This document shows, in pieces, positions 1-9,595 of a stretch of 64,000 bases of DNA (position 1 is the stretch's first letter; each line of letters starts with the position of its first letter). The stretch lies in assembly GCA_965218435.1 (NCBI GenBank), contig CBDCKW010000009.1, positions 3,840,001 to 3,904,000 on the forward strand, given 5' to 3'. The translations under genes and the position numbers were made by a program. The notes under the pieces were generated by a model, which searched no databases, was not told the origin of the DNA, and worked only from the letters and a program-made list of their open reading frames with translations. The DNA comes from Truepera sp. (GTDB taxonomy: Bacteria; Deinococcota; Deinococci; Deinococcales; Trueperaceae).

Positions 1-1
1 C

Positions 2-253
2 AAGACGTGCGGCGCTGAAATTGTCAAGACCGTGATCGCGTTGGGCCGCAGTTTAGGTCTGGTGGTCGTCGCTGAGGGCGTAGAGACGCGGGCACAGCTC
101 GAGCTTTTACGGGACCTCGGCTGTCAAGAAATCCAAGGTTATTATCTGGCACGCCCACAACCCGCTGCAGCGTTGGCGGCAACGTTTCAAACACAGAACG
201 GCAAGCCTAGGTTGGGCTGGAGTGCTGAGCCTAGCAGAACTTCGGGGTCTTAA
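2..253 (+). CDS. C-terminal end of an EAL-domain (c-di-GMP phosphodiesterase) protein; 5' part lies outside the window
   Basis: Frame is open from base 2; IVKTVIALGRSLGLVVVAEGVET...GCQEIQGYYLARP is the typical EAL C-terminus. Confidence 0.9.
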   Translation, partial: KTCGAEIVKTVIALGRSLGLVVVAEGVETRAQLELLRDLGCQEIQGYYLARPQPAAALAATFQTQNGKPRLGWSAEPSRTSGS

Positions 254-324
254 AGCGCGTTTCAGGCAGTGCGCCTTAAGTAGACCCGCTAAAGTCGGTT
301 TTTTATTGGTTACTTCTTGGCTAG

Positions 325-1302
325 TTACTTCTTAGCCGGTTGCTTCGGCTCACCCCCGGGCTTGACTTCTAAAACTATTTTGGCGAGTTCGTCAACCGTG
401 GTGTCTACATAGCTGGTCCCGTCGGGTAGGCGCTGATCAGCGTCAAAATAGCCACCGCTGCCAGTGTGTTTCATCGGCCCGATCAGCTTAAAAGACAACT
501 TGCCTTTGGCTTTGGCCCGGTTCCACACGGAGTTTTTGAACACCGGCCAGCGTCCGGGAAAGGCGAGCGTGCCGATACGTTGAGCGTGGTCATGTTGGCC
601 GTAAAGGTGATAAAGATGCGTAACGCTTTTAAGCCCTGAATCTGAACACATCACCCCACCTAGCGAGATGACGTATAGGGGCGCTTTTAAGACGCTCTGA
701 ACGAGAGACGCCGCGCCGACGGCAATCTGACCGCCGCCGCTATAGCCCAAGATCGTCACCGGCACGCCGCTCCCTAACGGGTAACCGCTCCGTGCCAAAC
801 CCGCCAAGATTAGTTCGGCGCTGCCTTCGTTATACATCGGGCCGTAACGCCTGTCTGCAGAAACCACGACCTGCCAGAGGTTACGCACGTTGATTAAAAA
901 GCCGACGAGCTTTCGACCGGCAATTTTACGGGCTAGAATCCAGCGCCAGATACGGGCAAACGTCCGCTGGCCGGTGAGTGCCCGGTTGGTGACCGAATAG
1001 GGAAAGAGTTCAACCAGCTCGGTGCCCGGTAGCCGAGTACGAAAGCGTCTTAAAAACGTCACTTCGTTGGGGCGGTAGCTCTCTCCTGAAACGCTGTCAA
1101 TGCCGGGTAGAAAAATGAGATAATGCTGCGCCGGGTTTTCTGCAGTTTCCGGGAGATTTTGTGCGTCTGTCAGCATTTGCTTTTGCGGGGCGACGCCAAA
1201 CCACCCCGCCCACCAGCCGAGCGTCTCAAGCGGGGCCAGTGCGCCGCTTAACAGCAGTAAAAATAAGAGCACGCCGAGTGCGCCAAAGAGGTCGGCGGTC
1301 AT
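325..1302 (-). CDS. Membrane-anchored alpha/beta-hydrolase-like protein
   Basis: ATG at 1302 overlaps the upstream stop (ATGA); N-terminal hydrophobic helix, FLPGI and GYSGG nucleophile-elbow motifs, late His (KHTG). Confidence 0.65.
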   Translation of the reverse strand: MTADLFGALGVLLFLLLLSGALAPLETLGWWAGWFGVAPQKQMLTDAQNLPETAENPAQHYLIFLPGIDSVSGESYRPNEVTFLRRFRTRLPGTELVELFPYSVTNRALTGQRTFARIWRWILARKIAGRKLVGFLINVRNLWQVVVSADRRYGPMYNEGSAELILAGLARSGYPLGSGVPVTILGYSGGGQIAVGAASLVQSVLKAPLYVISLGGVMCSDSGLKSVTHLYHLYGQHDHAQRIGTLAFPGRWPVFKNSVWNRAKAKGKLSFKLIGPMKHTGSGGYFDADQRLPDGTSYVDTTVDELAKIVLEVKPGGEPKQPAKK

Positions 1303-1943
1303 GAAGACTGCCGAGCTTGGGCTTCTTCCTCGACACGCGCCGCTTCTGCGCGAAAAAGCTGCTCGAGCCCTTCCCGATCCGTAACTAGGGGTCCGCCGGC
1401 AACGTGTGTCCGGAGCCACCGCGTCGCGCCGGCAACGGGCCAGCCGATACCTCGGCGCAAAAGCTGCCACAGCACCCAACCCAGCGCCAAGCAGAGCAAG
1501 GCTTGGGTCAGACTCAGCGCGGAAACCGCGTAGATGCCGGTCATCATAATGGCCAGGCTCCAGAGAGCCAAACACAGCGCGATAAAGCCGCCCGCATACG
1601 GTACCAGGATAAACGCGCCGAAAAGGTGCGGCGAAAAGCTCCACATCGCCAGCAGCAAGACCTGCGGCACACTCAGCTGCTGCTTAAAAATCCCATCGGC
1701 CAACCACACGACGCTAAAGGTAAAGAGCAAAATACCGACCGGATAACTCAGCGCCGTCAGCACGATGCTTAGGGCAAAACGCCTTGGTCTAACGCGGTTG
1801 GCAAAGAGCACTACACTCTGACCGAGGGCTTCTGCTAAACCGCCGGCAAAAACGATCAGTACGCCGACGAGCCAGCTGTTAGGGGCGCTGCTCAGCGCGC
1901 GCAGCGCGCCTGGCTGTAAGCTGAGCACCTCAGCGAGCATCAT
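1299..1943 (-). CDS. Yip1-like multi-pass membrane protein
   Basis: About 5 hydrophobic segments; translationally coupled to the downstream hydrolase; start placed at MMLAEVL. Confidence 0.6.
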   Translation of the reverse strand: MMLAEVLSLQPGALRALSSAPNSWLVGVLIVFAGGLAEALGQSVVLFANRVRPRRFALSIVLTALSYPVGILLFTFSVVWLADGIFKQQLSVPQVLLLAMWSFSPHLFGAFILVPYAGGFIALCLALWSLAIMMTGIYAVSALSLTQALLCLALGWVLWQLLRRGIGWPVAGATRWLRTHVAGGPLVTDREGLEQLFRAEAARVEEEAQARQSS

Positions 1944-2241
1944 GGGCGAAGTGTCTGGGTAGCTGACATGGGCTATATTATGGACCCGTGGGCTGATTTT
2001 TGCCAGAGAGCCGGACGGGTTGCGCTTCAGCCCGGTCTTTGCAAAGAGCTGTAAGTTATGACTGCCTAGTGACTGTCTGCTAAACAACCCCAAACCACGC
2101 GCGTCCGCACGTTCTCCAGACCGAGCTGTAGACGCTGAGGCGCTCGAGTGGGTGACGCCTCAGCGTTCGCTCTTTGGGGGCCGTGGCAGCTTATCCCGGC
2201 AGCCTGCTTGTCTGCTTGCTTCTTGCGTTAACAAAACCCGG

Positions 2242-2976
2242 CTACTCGCTGGGTTCTTCTCTAAAAACGGCCTGAGAACGAAAGTTCAGTTGTAAGGAGT
2301 GCAGGGTATAGTAAACCGGGTAGACGAGCGACACATAAATGAGCCTTGTTCTTAGCGCACTCGGCTCGAGCAAAAGTGCGGCCAAACAGAGCAGACTCCA
2401 GATTGATCCTAAGACGACGTGCAGGGTACGCCCGCGCGGAAGACGGCTGATATATAAAAACCGTACCGGGACAAAGACGAGGAGCGCCAACCCTAAAACC
2501 AGCAGGGTGTTAAGTAAAAGCGGCGTCTGCAGCATGTAGAGGTAAAAGACGACGATCCCCCAGTACGACGGAAAGCCGACAAAAAAGCCTTCGTCGGCGA
2601 GTTTGGCGGTGGTACGGGAGAAACCGAAGGCGCTCGAGAACATCGCAAATGCAGCAATCAAAACCGCCGGCGGCGCTAGCAGCTTAGCCTGTAAAAGGAG
2701 CAGCATCGGCAACACGACGTAACTCGTAAAGTCAATGATGTTGTCGAGTAGGCCCCCATCTATGGCGGCGGCGGTCTCTTTAACGCGGTATTTGCGGGCG
2801 AGCGCGCCGTCGGTCGCGTCAATCACCATCGTGACGGCAATCGCGCCGAGCGCCCAGCGAAACGACCCCTCTAAAATCCACTCTACGGCGAGCGCCACGA
2901 AAAAAAGCGTCGAGGCAGTGTAGATGTGAACGAGGTAGCCCTGAACGGTCTCTTGAACGGCGTCACGACGCGGCAT
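2242..2976 (-). CDS. CDP-alcohol phosphatidyltransferase, phosphatidylcholine synthase (Pcs)-like
   Basis: DATDGALAR-x12-GGLLDNIID motif, FVGFPSYW, multiple TM helices. Confidence 0.8.
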   Translation of the reverse strand: MPRRDAVQETVQGYLVHIYTASTLFFVALAVEWILEGSFRWALGAIAVTMVIDATDGALARKYRVKETAAAIDGGLLDNIIDFTSYVVLPMLLLLQAKLLAPPAVLIAAFAMFSSAFGFSRTTAKLADEGFFVGFPSYWGIVVFYLYMLQTPLLLNTLLVLGLALLVFVPVRFLYISRLPRGRTLHVVLGSIWSLLCLAALLLEPSALRTRLIYVSLVYPVYYTLHSLQLNFRSQAVFREEPSE

Positions 2977-3179
2977 TGCTCTGAGCGTAACACGTCCCTT
3001 ATCAAAGCTCGGTACGGGTTGACGAAGTTAGGTGAACTGAGCGTGTGCGGGAAGCTTAGAAGGGAGAATTGAGAGTACAGAACGCCTTTATTCTCCCTCC
3101 TGTTTTCTACTTTCTTTCAAGCTGCGTAACCGACGCTGGGTACCTCTTTATCTACTTTCTAATTTGTCAAACTCTAAGC

Positions 3180-3341
3180 CTAATCTTTGAACCGCCTCGA
3201 GACGCTCATCAACCCGCTACCCGCTAAGACAACGACCCCGACGACGATCCAGGGCGTCGGGACGCCGAGCAAGTCTGCTCCGAGCGCGAGACCTAAAATC
3301 AGCAAGCAGTAACCCAGCAGGTAAAGGAGCGTTCGGGACAC
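3180..3341 (-). CDS. Small 53-aa two-helix membrane protein (not in the ORF track)
   Basis: GTG 3341 to TAG 3180: MSRTLLYLLGYCLLILGLALGADLLGVPTPWIVVGVVVLAGSGLMSVSRRFKD; hydrophobic hairpin with basic tail. Confidence 0.6.
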   Translation of the reverse strand: MSRTLLYLLGYCLLILGLALGADLLGVPTPWIVVGVVVLAGSGLMSVSRRFKD

Positions 3342-3478
3342 CCTTTACTCTACGGCATAAAGCAGTTTTGGAACTAAATGTTCAGTACGCTTTTCCTTAA
3401 AGTTGCTTAACGTTTTCACCAAAGGTACGCCCCAGCTACCTCAACCGGGCGCAGCCGGAATGCTAAGATAAGCTCACC

Positions 3479-4333
3479 TTGATCGCCGTCATCGCCGACA
3501 TCCACGCTAACTTGCAGGCGCTCGAGGCCGTCATTGCAGACATCCGTGAGGTCGGCGCAACCGAAATCGTCGTCAACGGCGATTTGGTCAACCGTGGCCC
3601 GAATAATGCGGGGGTCGTTGAGCGCATCTTTAACCTGGAGAACGTCAGCGCCGTTACACTGGGCAACCACGACGACCTGATGTGCAAATGGGTGGACCAT
3701 GACCCCGACATCCCTGCGTACTGGTTTGAAGACGCGTTTTGGGACGGGATGGCGTGGCCCGCGCAGCAACTCGCGGAGACGGGACAGTTGGGGCGGCTCC
3801 GGGGTCTACCGATGACCTATCTGGACGACCGACCCGGCAAGCTGAGCATTCTCTTTTCGCACGGGTCGCCGCGCCACTACCGCCAAGGCTACGCGAGTTA
3901 CCTTGAAGACAACGTTTTGGCCGACATTTTAGCGCACTACCCGGCTGACATCCTCGTTGGCTCGCACACGCACCGCCCTTACGAATACCGCTACGGTGAA
4001 CACCTCGTCTTAAATACCGGCGCGGTCGGTACCCCCTTTAACGGCGACCCACGGGCACAGTACCTGCTCTTGCGAGAGGGTGAAAACGGTTGGCACCCCG
4101 AATTTAGAGCTGTCCCTTACGACCGCACCGCGGCACTCAGCGCGTTTGAAACGTCCGGGTATCTGGCAGAGGGCGGCCTCAGTGCCCGTATCTTTTACGA
4201 AGAGCTGCGGCTAGCAAGGCCCCTCTATATGGGTTTTTGGGATTGGACGGAGGCGCAGGGCCGCCCCAAAGACTGGGAGAGTTGGGACGCGTTTAAGGGG
4301 CACTACGCTAGGCGGTTTCAAGCGGCCGTTTAG
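3479..4333 (+). CDS. Calcineurin-like metallophosphoesterase
   Basis: DIHAN, GDLVNRGP, GNHD, SHGSP, SHTH and NTGAVG motifs. Confidence 0.9.
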   Translation: MIAVIADIHANLQALEAVIADIREVGATEIVVNGDLVNRGPNNAGVVERIFNLENVSAVTLGNHDDLMCKWVDHDPDIPAYWFEDAFWDGMAWPAQQLAETGQLGRLRGLPMTYLDDRPGKLSILFSHGSPRHYRQGYASYLEDNVLADILAHYPADILVGSHTHRPYEYRYGEHLVLNTGAVGTPFNGDPRAQYLLLREGENGWHPEFRAVPYDRTAALSAFETSGYLAEGGLSARIFYEELRLARPLYMGFWDWTEAQGRPKDWESWDAFKGHYARRFQAAV

Positions 4334-4508
4334 GTTTGTCGGCACTGCAAACTCAGCTGGAGAAGTTTGTTACGAGCCAAAGGGGAGCATACAGAAGTCG
4401 GCATTCGTCGCTGCTTTGATCGAGCTCACGGCACTTCTCACACACTCAGCGCGTGATGACGGCTGTAAATGACAGCAGTAAATATCAGTACGTCCCAACG
4501 TGATGACT

Positions 4509-4621
4509 AGACCTCTTGCAAAAGTACCGCTTCATTGACCGGGTGAATTTTCCCGTACTTGTTCCACTCGGTAAAAGTGGGAGATAAGAATTCGCCCATC
4601 TCCCACTTTTGCAAGAGGTCT
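4509..4621. mobile_element. 113-bp MITE (non-autonomous IS derivative)
   Basis: Perfect 17-bp terminal inverted repeat AGACCTCTTGCAAAAGT/ACTTTTGCAAGAGGTCT; ACT direct repeat at 4506-4508 and 4622-4624; internal hairpin AAAAGTGGGAGAT/ATCTCCCACTTTT. Confidence 0.75.
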
Positions 4622-4738
4622 ACTAAACCGTGCCTGAATTACGCTAGACTGAGCTAGCCACTGGTCGGCCTTTTACTCGAGCCCCAAACCCACATAATGA
4701 ACTGGTTTATATTGGCTCGAGCCCCACCCAGGAGACTT

Positions 4739-5212
4739 ATGCCTAACATCTCTACCGCTGACCTCGTTCAAGAAATCTTGTACCTACTTACCGAAACCTT
4801 CCAAAGCCCTGTCAAAGACGGCAATGCTTACCTCGACAAGGGTACGGGCATCTTTATGACGCTTAGTACCGTCAGTGCCGAGAACGCCTCAAAACCTGCC
4901 TTTCCCGGCGCGACTACCCTGGCCGCGCAAACTGAACACCTACGTTTTTACCTGGTTGCCTTAGAAGGTTTTATCACCGGAGCGCACACAAGCGTTGATT
5001 GGGACGAGAGCTGGAAGTTAAAAACTGTTACGCCGGAAGAATGGGATACACTTAGAGCCGACCTGCACCAAACTTACCGACATACCGCTGACCTGATTCG
5101 TGGGTTTGACCGTTGGGACGAAGACGAACTCGGGGGTGCGCTCGCTATTTTGGCGCACAGCGCCTACCACCTGGGCGCTGTGCGTCAGCTCGTCAAAGCC
5201 TTGGGCAGGTGA
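4739..5212 (+). CDS. DinB/YfiT-like four-helix protein
   Basis: AGGAG RBS before ATG 4739; H-x3-YHLGAVRQ C-terminal motif, DWDESW. Confidence 0.75.
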   Translation: MPNISTADLVQEILYLLTETFQSPVKDGNAYLDKGTGIFMTLSTVSAENASKPAFPGATTLAAQTEHLRFYLVALEGFITGAHTSVDWDESWKLKTVTPEEWDTLRADLHQTYRHTADLIRGFDRWDEDELGGALAILAHSAYHLGAVRQLVKALGR

Positions 5213-5220
5213 GATAAAAA

Positions 5221-5251
5221 TAAGCGCCGGACGGTTTAGCTCCGGCGCTTA
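5221..5251. terminator. Probable bidirectional intrinsic terminator
   Basis: TAAGCGCCGGA/TCCGGCGCTTA hairpin between convergent genes. Confidence 0.7.
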
Positions 5252-5270
5252 CATAACTGTAGATTCTGGC

Positions 5271-5507
5271 TTAGACGCCTGCTAAATCGTAATTTTTCTG
5301 GATAAACGACTCCCACTCGCTCGGCACATCTTCTTCCGGGAAAATTGCGTTGACCGGACACGCCGGGACGCACGCGCCGCAGTCAATACACTCGTCGGGA
5401 TGGATGTAGAGCTGGTCGTCGGCTTCGTAGATGCACTCGACCGGGCACACGTCTACGCACGACTGGTCTTTAACGCCGATACACGGCTCGGTAATAATAT
5501 GGGGCAC
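5271..5507 (-). CDS. fdxA: 7Fe ([3Fe-4S]+[4Fe-4S]) ferredoxin
   Basis: GTG start with AGGAGG RBS; PHIITEPCIGVKDQSCVDVCPVECI...CIDCGACVPACPV. Confidence 0.92.
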   Translation of the reverse strand: MPHIITEPCIGVKDQSCVDVCPVECIYEADDQLYIHPDECIDCGACVPACPVNAIFPEEDVPSEWESFIQKNYDLAGV

Positions 5508-5641
5508 GCTGCTCCTCCTGGGTGTTACTGGTTTAGGCAGCACGAGCGCCGAAAGCGCCGCTGCGGTAGAGTTCAAGGTCGCTGCTGAGTTGCTGGTTAC
5601 CGGTGTGAGCCGGAGTTGGTCTGATACGTGGTTGACCGGCT

Positions 5642-6103
5642 TCAGGCGGCGGCGGGCTCTGCGCCCACTCCTTTATTATGCGGGGTTGCCCCACTCCGCG
5701 CAACCCCCACCAGCACGATGGTAATCAGGGTGAACGCGGTCAGCGCGAGGAGCGGAATGGTGATAAACCCGAGCCAGTTGATGTACTCCTGTGAGCAAGG
5801 AACCCCTGAGCGGCAGATACTCGGCGCACGAAATCCCGGTACTTTTTGCTCGAGATAATGAAACGTCGAAACGCCCATCCCTAAAACGGATAACGGTAAC
5901 GCGTAGCGGACGATACCCTGGTCCTGCCGGTACGAAGCGATACCTAACAAAAGCACGAGCGGGTACATCAGCACGCGCTGATACCAGCAAAGGGCGCACG
6001 GGATAAAAAACCGTACCTCGCTAAAGTATAAGCTCCCGGCGGTGGCGATGATGGCGACGAGCCACGCGGCGTAGAGGCCGAAACCGCGAAAAAAGCCCTT
6101 CAC
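5642..6103 (-). CDS. bdbC: Disulfide bond formation protein, DsbB/BdbC family
   Basis: GSLYFSE..PCALCWYQR motif, second Cys pair, FITIP. Confidence 0.9.
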   Translation of the reverse strand: MKGFFRGFGLYAAWLVAIIATAGSLYFSEVRFFIPCALCWYQRVLMYPLVLLLGIASYRQDQGIVRYALPLSVLGMGVSTFHYLEQKVPGFRAPSICRSGVPCSQEYINWLGFITIPLLALTAFTLITIVLVGVARSGATPHNKGVGAEPAAA

Positions 6104-6106
6104 GGT

Positions 6107-6781
6107 CTAGTTCGCCGCGGCGTTTTCGACAGCCGTCTGGATGGCGTCAAACTGAAAGTCCTCGAGCCGTGTGCCATTTACAAAAATTGAGGGCGTCCCC
6201 TGAACTCCGGCAGCGTCGCCCATGGCACGGTCGGCCGCGACCTGCTCGGCGTAGGTTTTATCGGCAGTGCAGCTCTGCAGCGCGTCGGCGTTAACGTCGG
6301 GCAAGTTGTCACGGGCAACCCCGGCTAAAAAGGCGGGCGTCGCCCATTCTTCGCTTTCAGGACCTTGCGAGCGGAACAAGTAGGTTTTATAATCCCAAAA
6401 AGCTTGTGGACTTTGGTCAAAGACGCATTCGCCCGCGAGCGCCGCCGTCGTCGAATCAGGGCCGATAAAAGGATAATTGATGAAGTAAAAGCGCACCTGT
6501 CCCGTATCAACGAGGTTGCGTTTGACCTCGGGAAAGACGTTCTCGTCGAAAAAGCGGCAAGTAGGACACTTGAAATCTTCAAACGCTACGATTTCAACCG
6601 GAGCGTCCGCTTGGCCGAGCATCGGCTGACCCTCAACGTTGATCTCGCTACTGACAGTCGTCGCCGTGCGCGTCGGCGCAACTTGGCGGTAGACGATAAA
6701 ACCGACTAAAGCGAGCGCCAAAACGATCAGGGTCACGAGCGTCAGCTGCTGCGCGGTGCGGGTGGTACGTGGAGTAGACAT
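6107..6781 (-). CDS. bdbD: DsbA/BdbD-family thiol-disulfide oxidoreductase
   Basis: N-terminal TM helix, DFKCPTC active site, GVQGTPSIFVNG; adjacent to bdbC. Confidence 0.85.
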   Translation of the reverse strand: MSTPRTTRTAQQLTLVTLIVLALALVGFIVYRQVAPTRTATTVSSEINVEGQPMLGQADAPVEIVAFEDFKCPTCRFFDENVFPEVKRNLVDTGQVRFYFINYPFIGPDSTTAALAGECVFDQSPQAFWDYKTYLFRSQGPESEEWATPAFLAGVARDNLPDVNADALQSCTADKTYAEQVAADRAMGDAAGVQGTPSIFVNGTRLEDFQFDAIQTAVENAAAN

Positions 6782-7111
6782 ATCTTTAAGTATAAAGGCT
6801 ATGGATGAAAGCGGTGTGCCCTTTTTGGCCGGATTCCAGGTTCTGCTGACACTTCAAAACCAGCTGGAGGCGTTTGCAGTGCATCCTGTAGAAGTAAGAA
6901 TCCAGAGTAAAGAATTGAGAAGTTGCTGGCCCGACCGAAAGAACAGTGTTTCTCACGTGCTTAAGGTGTGATGGCCCAAGCAAATATCAGCACGACACAG
7001 TCGGCCGGGGGCTGAAGGTCGTTCAGACGAAGCTGGAATTAAGAAGTCAGAATCCAGAATGTAAAAACTTTTGGCAACACGCTCGAGCCGTCTCCCAGTT
7101 CTGCTAAACCT

Positions 7112-7336
7112 CTAGCGGGCAGTCTGCGTGTTGAGCGACGCGGTGTAGCCTTCTTCTTCGACCGCGTACAGCATCGTCTGAACGTCGGCGGCTCCCTCGA
7201 CCGTCGCTTGACCGGCAGCGAGGTCAACTTCGGCTTTATCAACGCCGGGGGTACGCTCGAGCGCCCCCTGAACCACCTTGACGCAGTGGTCACAGGTCAT
7301 GCCTTCGATGTTAAGTTTCGTTTGGTAGGTTGCCAT
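7112..7336 (-). CDS. copZ: Copper chaperone (HMA domain)
   Basis: GMTCDHC motif, 74 aa, AAGGAG RBS. Confidence 0.9.
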   Translation of the reverse strand: MATYQTKLNIEGMTCDHCVKVVQGALERTPGVDKAEVDLAAGQATVEGAADVQTMLYAVEEEGYTASLNTQTAR

Positions 7337-7594
7337 AGTCGAGTCTCCTTTTTACGTTAGTTTAGCATTTCCATGAGAGGTTGCCACAAGTATCATCGCA
7401 GAATGTACGTGCTGGTCAGCTGAAATTAGATTGAGAGCGTTGCCGACCAGATGATACCTGCTAGTTTTACAGCTGCAGCGCGTTGCAAGGAAGAAGTTAG
7501 GATACAGCATTCAGAATCTGTCAGCTTACCAGAGAAAGAGAGCAGACTTTCACGCGCTTGAAACATAAAGGTAAAAAGCTTTAGCATAACCCAG

Positions 7595-8767
7595 TTATCC
7601 GAGCCCGCGTTCTCTTGCCCAGACGATGACCTCAGCGCGGGTGTGAAGGCCGAGTTTTTCGTAAATGCTCGAGATGTAGTTGCGCACCGTTTGCGTGGCG
7701 AGCCCGAGTTCGCTGCCGATGGTGTCGTTGTTTGAGCCCTTGGCGACGTAGCTTAAAACCTGCCGTTCGCGGGCGGTCAGTTCGTCAATACCGGTTCGGT
7801 CAACGTCGCCTGAACGCAGCTGCGCGAGCCGTTCGACGACCGAACGGCTAAACCAGGTGGCGTCGTTCATCACCTCTTCGATAGCCCGCATCAGCTGCGC
7901 TTCGCTCTGTTTACGCTCGGTTACGTCAATAAAGATGTCGAGCTGACACGCCTCGTTGTCCACGTCAATGATTTCGCTGGCGACCATGACCGAGAGCACC
8001 TCGCCCCCTTTTTTACGAATCTCCATCTCGCGGAGCGGGACCGGGACGCCGCGCCGGAGCTGCGCTAAGGTGCGTTCACGTCCGGGCCGGTCAACGTAGA
8101 GTTCGATCTCGGTCAGCGTACGCCCGACGACCTCCTCACGCGTGTACCCGGTCAGCGACAAAAAGCTCTCGTTGACGTTGAGGTAGCACTTGTCGGTTAA
8201 GCGGACGATAACAGTTGGGGCGGGGCTCGAGCTAAACGCCTTGTAAAACCTATCTTCGGAGCGCCGCAGCGCCTCAGTCCGCTCTTCGACGCGTTTTTCC
8301 AACGTTTCGTACGAGGCTCTAAGCTCTTCATCCTGCGCCAGCCGCTGCGTTTCGTCACGGATAATTTTGGCAAACCCGCGCAACTGCTCCGGCTGCTCTT
8401 TGTCGACCAGCGCGACCAGCACGCCGTTAACCCAAAGACGCGAGCCGTCTTTGCGGACGTGCCAGCGGTCGTCCTCTGAGCGTCCGGTTTGAGCTGCTTG
8501 CTCGAGCTCGTGTTGCGGCGCTCCCGTGGCGCGGTCTTCGGGGGTAAAGATAAGGTCTATCGCCTGACCTATTACCTCAGCACTGCAGTACCCAAGGGTT
8601 TCTTGTGCACCTAAATTCCACGAGTCGATCCTGCCGTCCGTATCGGTGGTAAAAACGGCGTAATCTTTGAGGTTTTCAACCAGAAGCCGGTAGCGTTCTT
8701 CTTGTTCCAAGACGCGCTTCCGACTGTCGTTTTCTTGCACCATCTGCTCCCTTATGTCGGTAACCAC
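7595..8767 (-). CDS. PAS-PAS-LuxR one-component transcriptional regulator
   Basis: Two PAS/PAC repeats, LEKRVEERT linker, C-terminal LTARERQVL...TVRNYISSIYEKLG HTH; start could be ATG 8743. Confidence 0.85.
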   Translation of the reverse strand: MVTDIREQMVQENDSRKRVLEQEERYRLLVENLKDYAVFTTDTDGRIDSWNLGAQETLGYCSAEVIGQAIDLIFTPEDRATGAPQHELEQAAQTGRSEDDRWHVRKDGSRLWVNGVLVALVDKEQPEQLRGFAKIIRDETQRLAQDEELRASYETLEKRVEERTEALRRSEDRFYKAFSSSPAPTVIVRLTDKCYLNVNESFLSLTGYTREEVVGRTLTEIELYVDRPGRERTLAQLRRGVPVPLREMEIRKKGGEVLSVMVASEIIDVDNEACQLDIFIDVTERKQSEAQLMRAIEEVMNDATWFSRSVVERLAQLRSGDVDRTGIDELTARERQVLSYVAKGSNNDTIGSELGLATQTVRNYISSIYEKLGLHTRAEVIVWARERGLG

Positions 8768-8853
8768 CCACCGGATTCACTGTAGCGGACGTTTGCCCCC
8801 ATAACAAGAAGCTTTTGTCCTAAGTTAGAACAGCTATTTGAACTTGTCACGGG

Positions 8854-9462
8854 TTAGCCTTCGCCGCCCGCCGGGTGATGGTCAAGCCCTTCGTAGGCTT
8901 CCATAAAGGCGTTGATCCGGGCGGGGTCGAGCTCATCAAAGGTCTCGAGCCGACCCCACGCGGTTAGCGCGTAGTGTGCGCTCAGGTCTTTACGCGGCGC
9001 AATCACCACGCGGCGGTAGCGACTCGCGTCGTAGGCGTTCTCGAGCTCCTCAACTTGCGCTTGATTTTCTGCCGGTGTCCCGGCTTGGTACCACAAGATA
9101 ACGCCCGCGTCTTCTAAGTTATGAACGAGCAGAGGGTCGGGTTGAACCTCGGTATACGCGCCCCAACCCGCCGTGTAAGGCAGGTGCGGCCCCGAGGTCG
9201 GCGGATTCGAGTTGTAGGTAGGCGTCGCGCCTTCGCCGATATGTGCGTTGCCTAAACTGCGAAAATGTTCTCCGGGAAGCCGTGACTGCCGGTAGCTGTT
9301 GATGCCAACAGGCGTAGCGATCAGAAGCGCCAGCCCCGCGCCGATAAGCCACGGTGTCAGCGAACGTTTCTGCGGCTGTTGAGGGCTTTTTGGCTGCACC
9401 TTAGGTTTTGTTCTAGCTTTTTTCGTTGACCTTTTCGCAGTTATTTTTTTCTCCGTTGCCAT
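8854..9462 (-). CDS. DUF3105-family membrane-anchored protein
   Basis: YNSNPPTSGPH, VHNLE, ALTAWG motifs after a TM helix. Confidence 0.8.
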   Translation of the reverse strand: MATEKKITAKRSTKKARTKPKVQPKSPQQPQKRSLTPWLIGAGLALLIATPVGINSYRQSRLPGEHFRSLGNAHIGEGATPTYNSNPPTSGPHLPYTAGWGAYTEVQPDPLLVHNLEDAGVILWYQAGTPAENQAQVEELENAYDASRYRRVVIAPRKDLSAHYALTAWGRLETFDELDPARINAFMEAYEGLDHHPAGGEG

Positions 9463-9595
9463 ACGCTAATTTACCCTGCGACACTGAGAAAAGCTGTTAC
9501 TTTAACAGCGCCGGGTTCAGCTTATAGGCTTCCTGCTTATCACGTCAGCTAACGGAGCCGTTAAGACGCTAAGCTAACCAGTAAGAGGTGACACG

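Noticed and set aside
1303..1644. N-terminal 113-aa extension of ORF 325..1644
   Set aside because: Overlaps the Yip1-like gene out of frame; the ATGA-coupled start at 1302 is more plausible
2110..2182. Extended hairpin (ACGCTGAGGCG/CGCCTCAGCGT) with CTCGAG in the loop, as a possible ncRNA
   Set aside because: No recognisable RNA family motif; single copy; may be just a terminator or stabiliser
7350..7395. MerR/CueR-type promoter for copZ (TTGTGG-N19-TAAACT)
   Set aside because: Poor -35 and no convincing dyad
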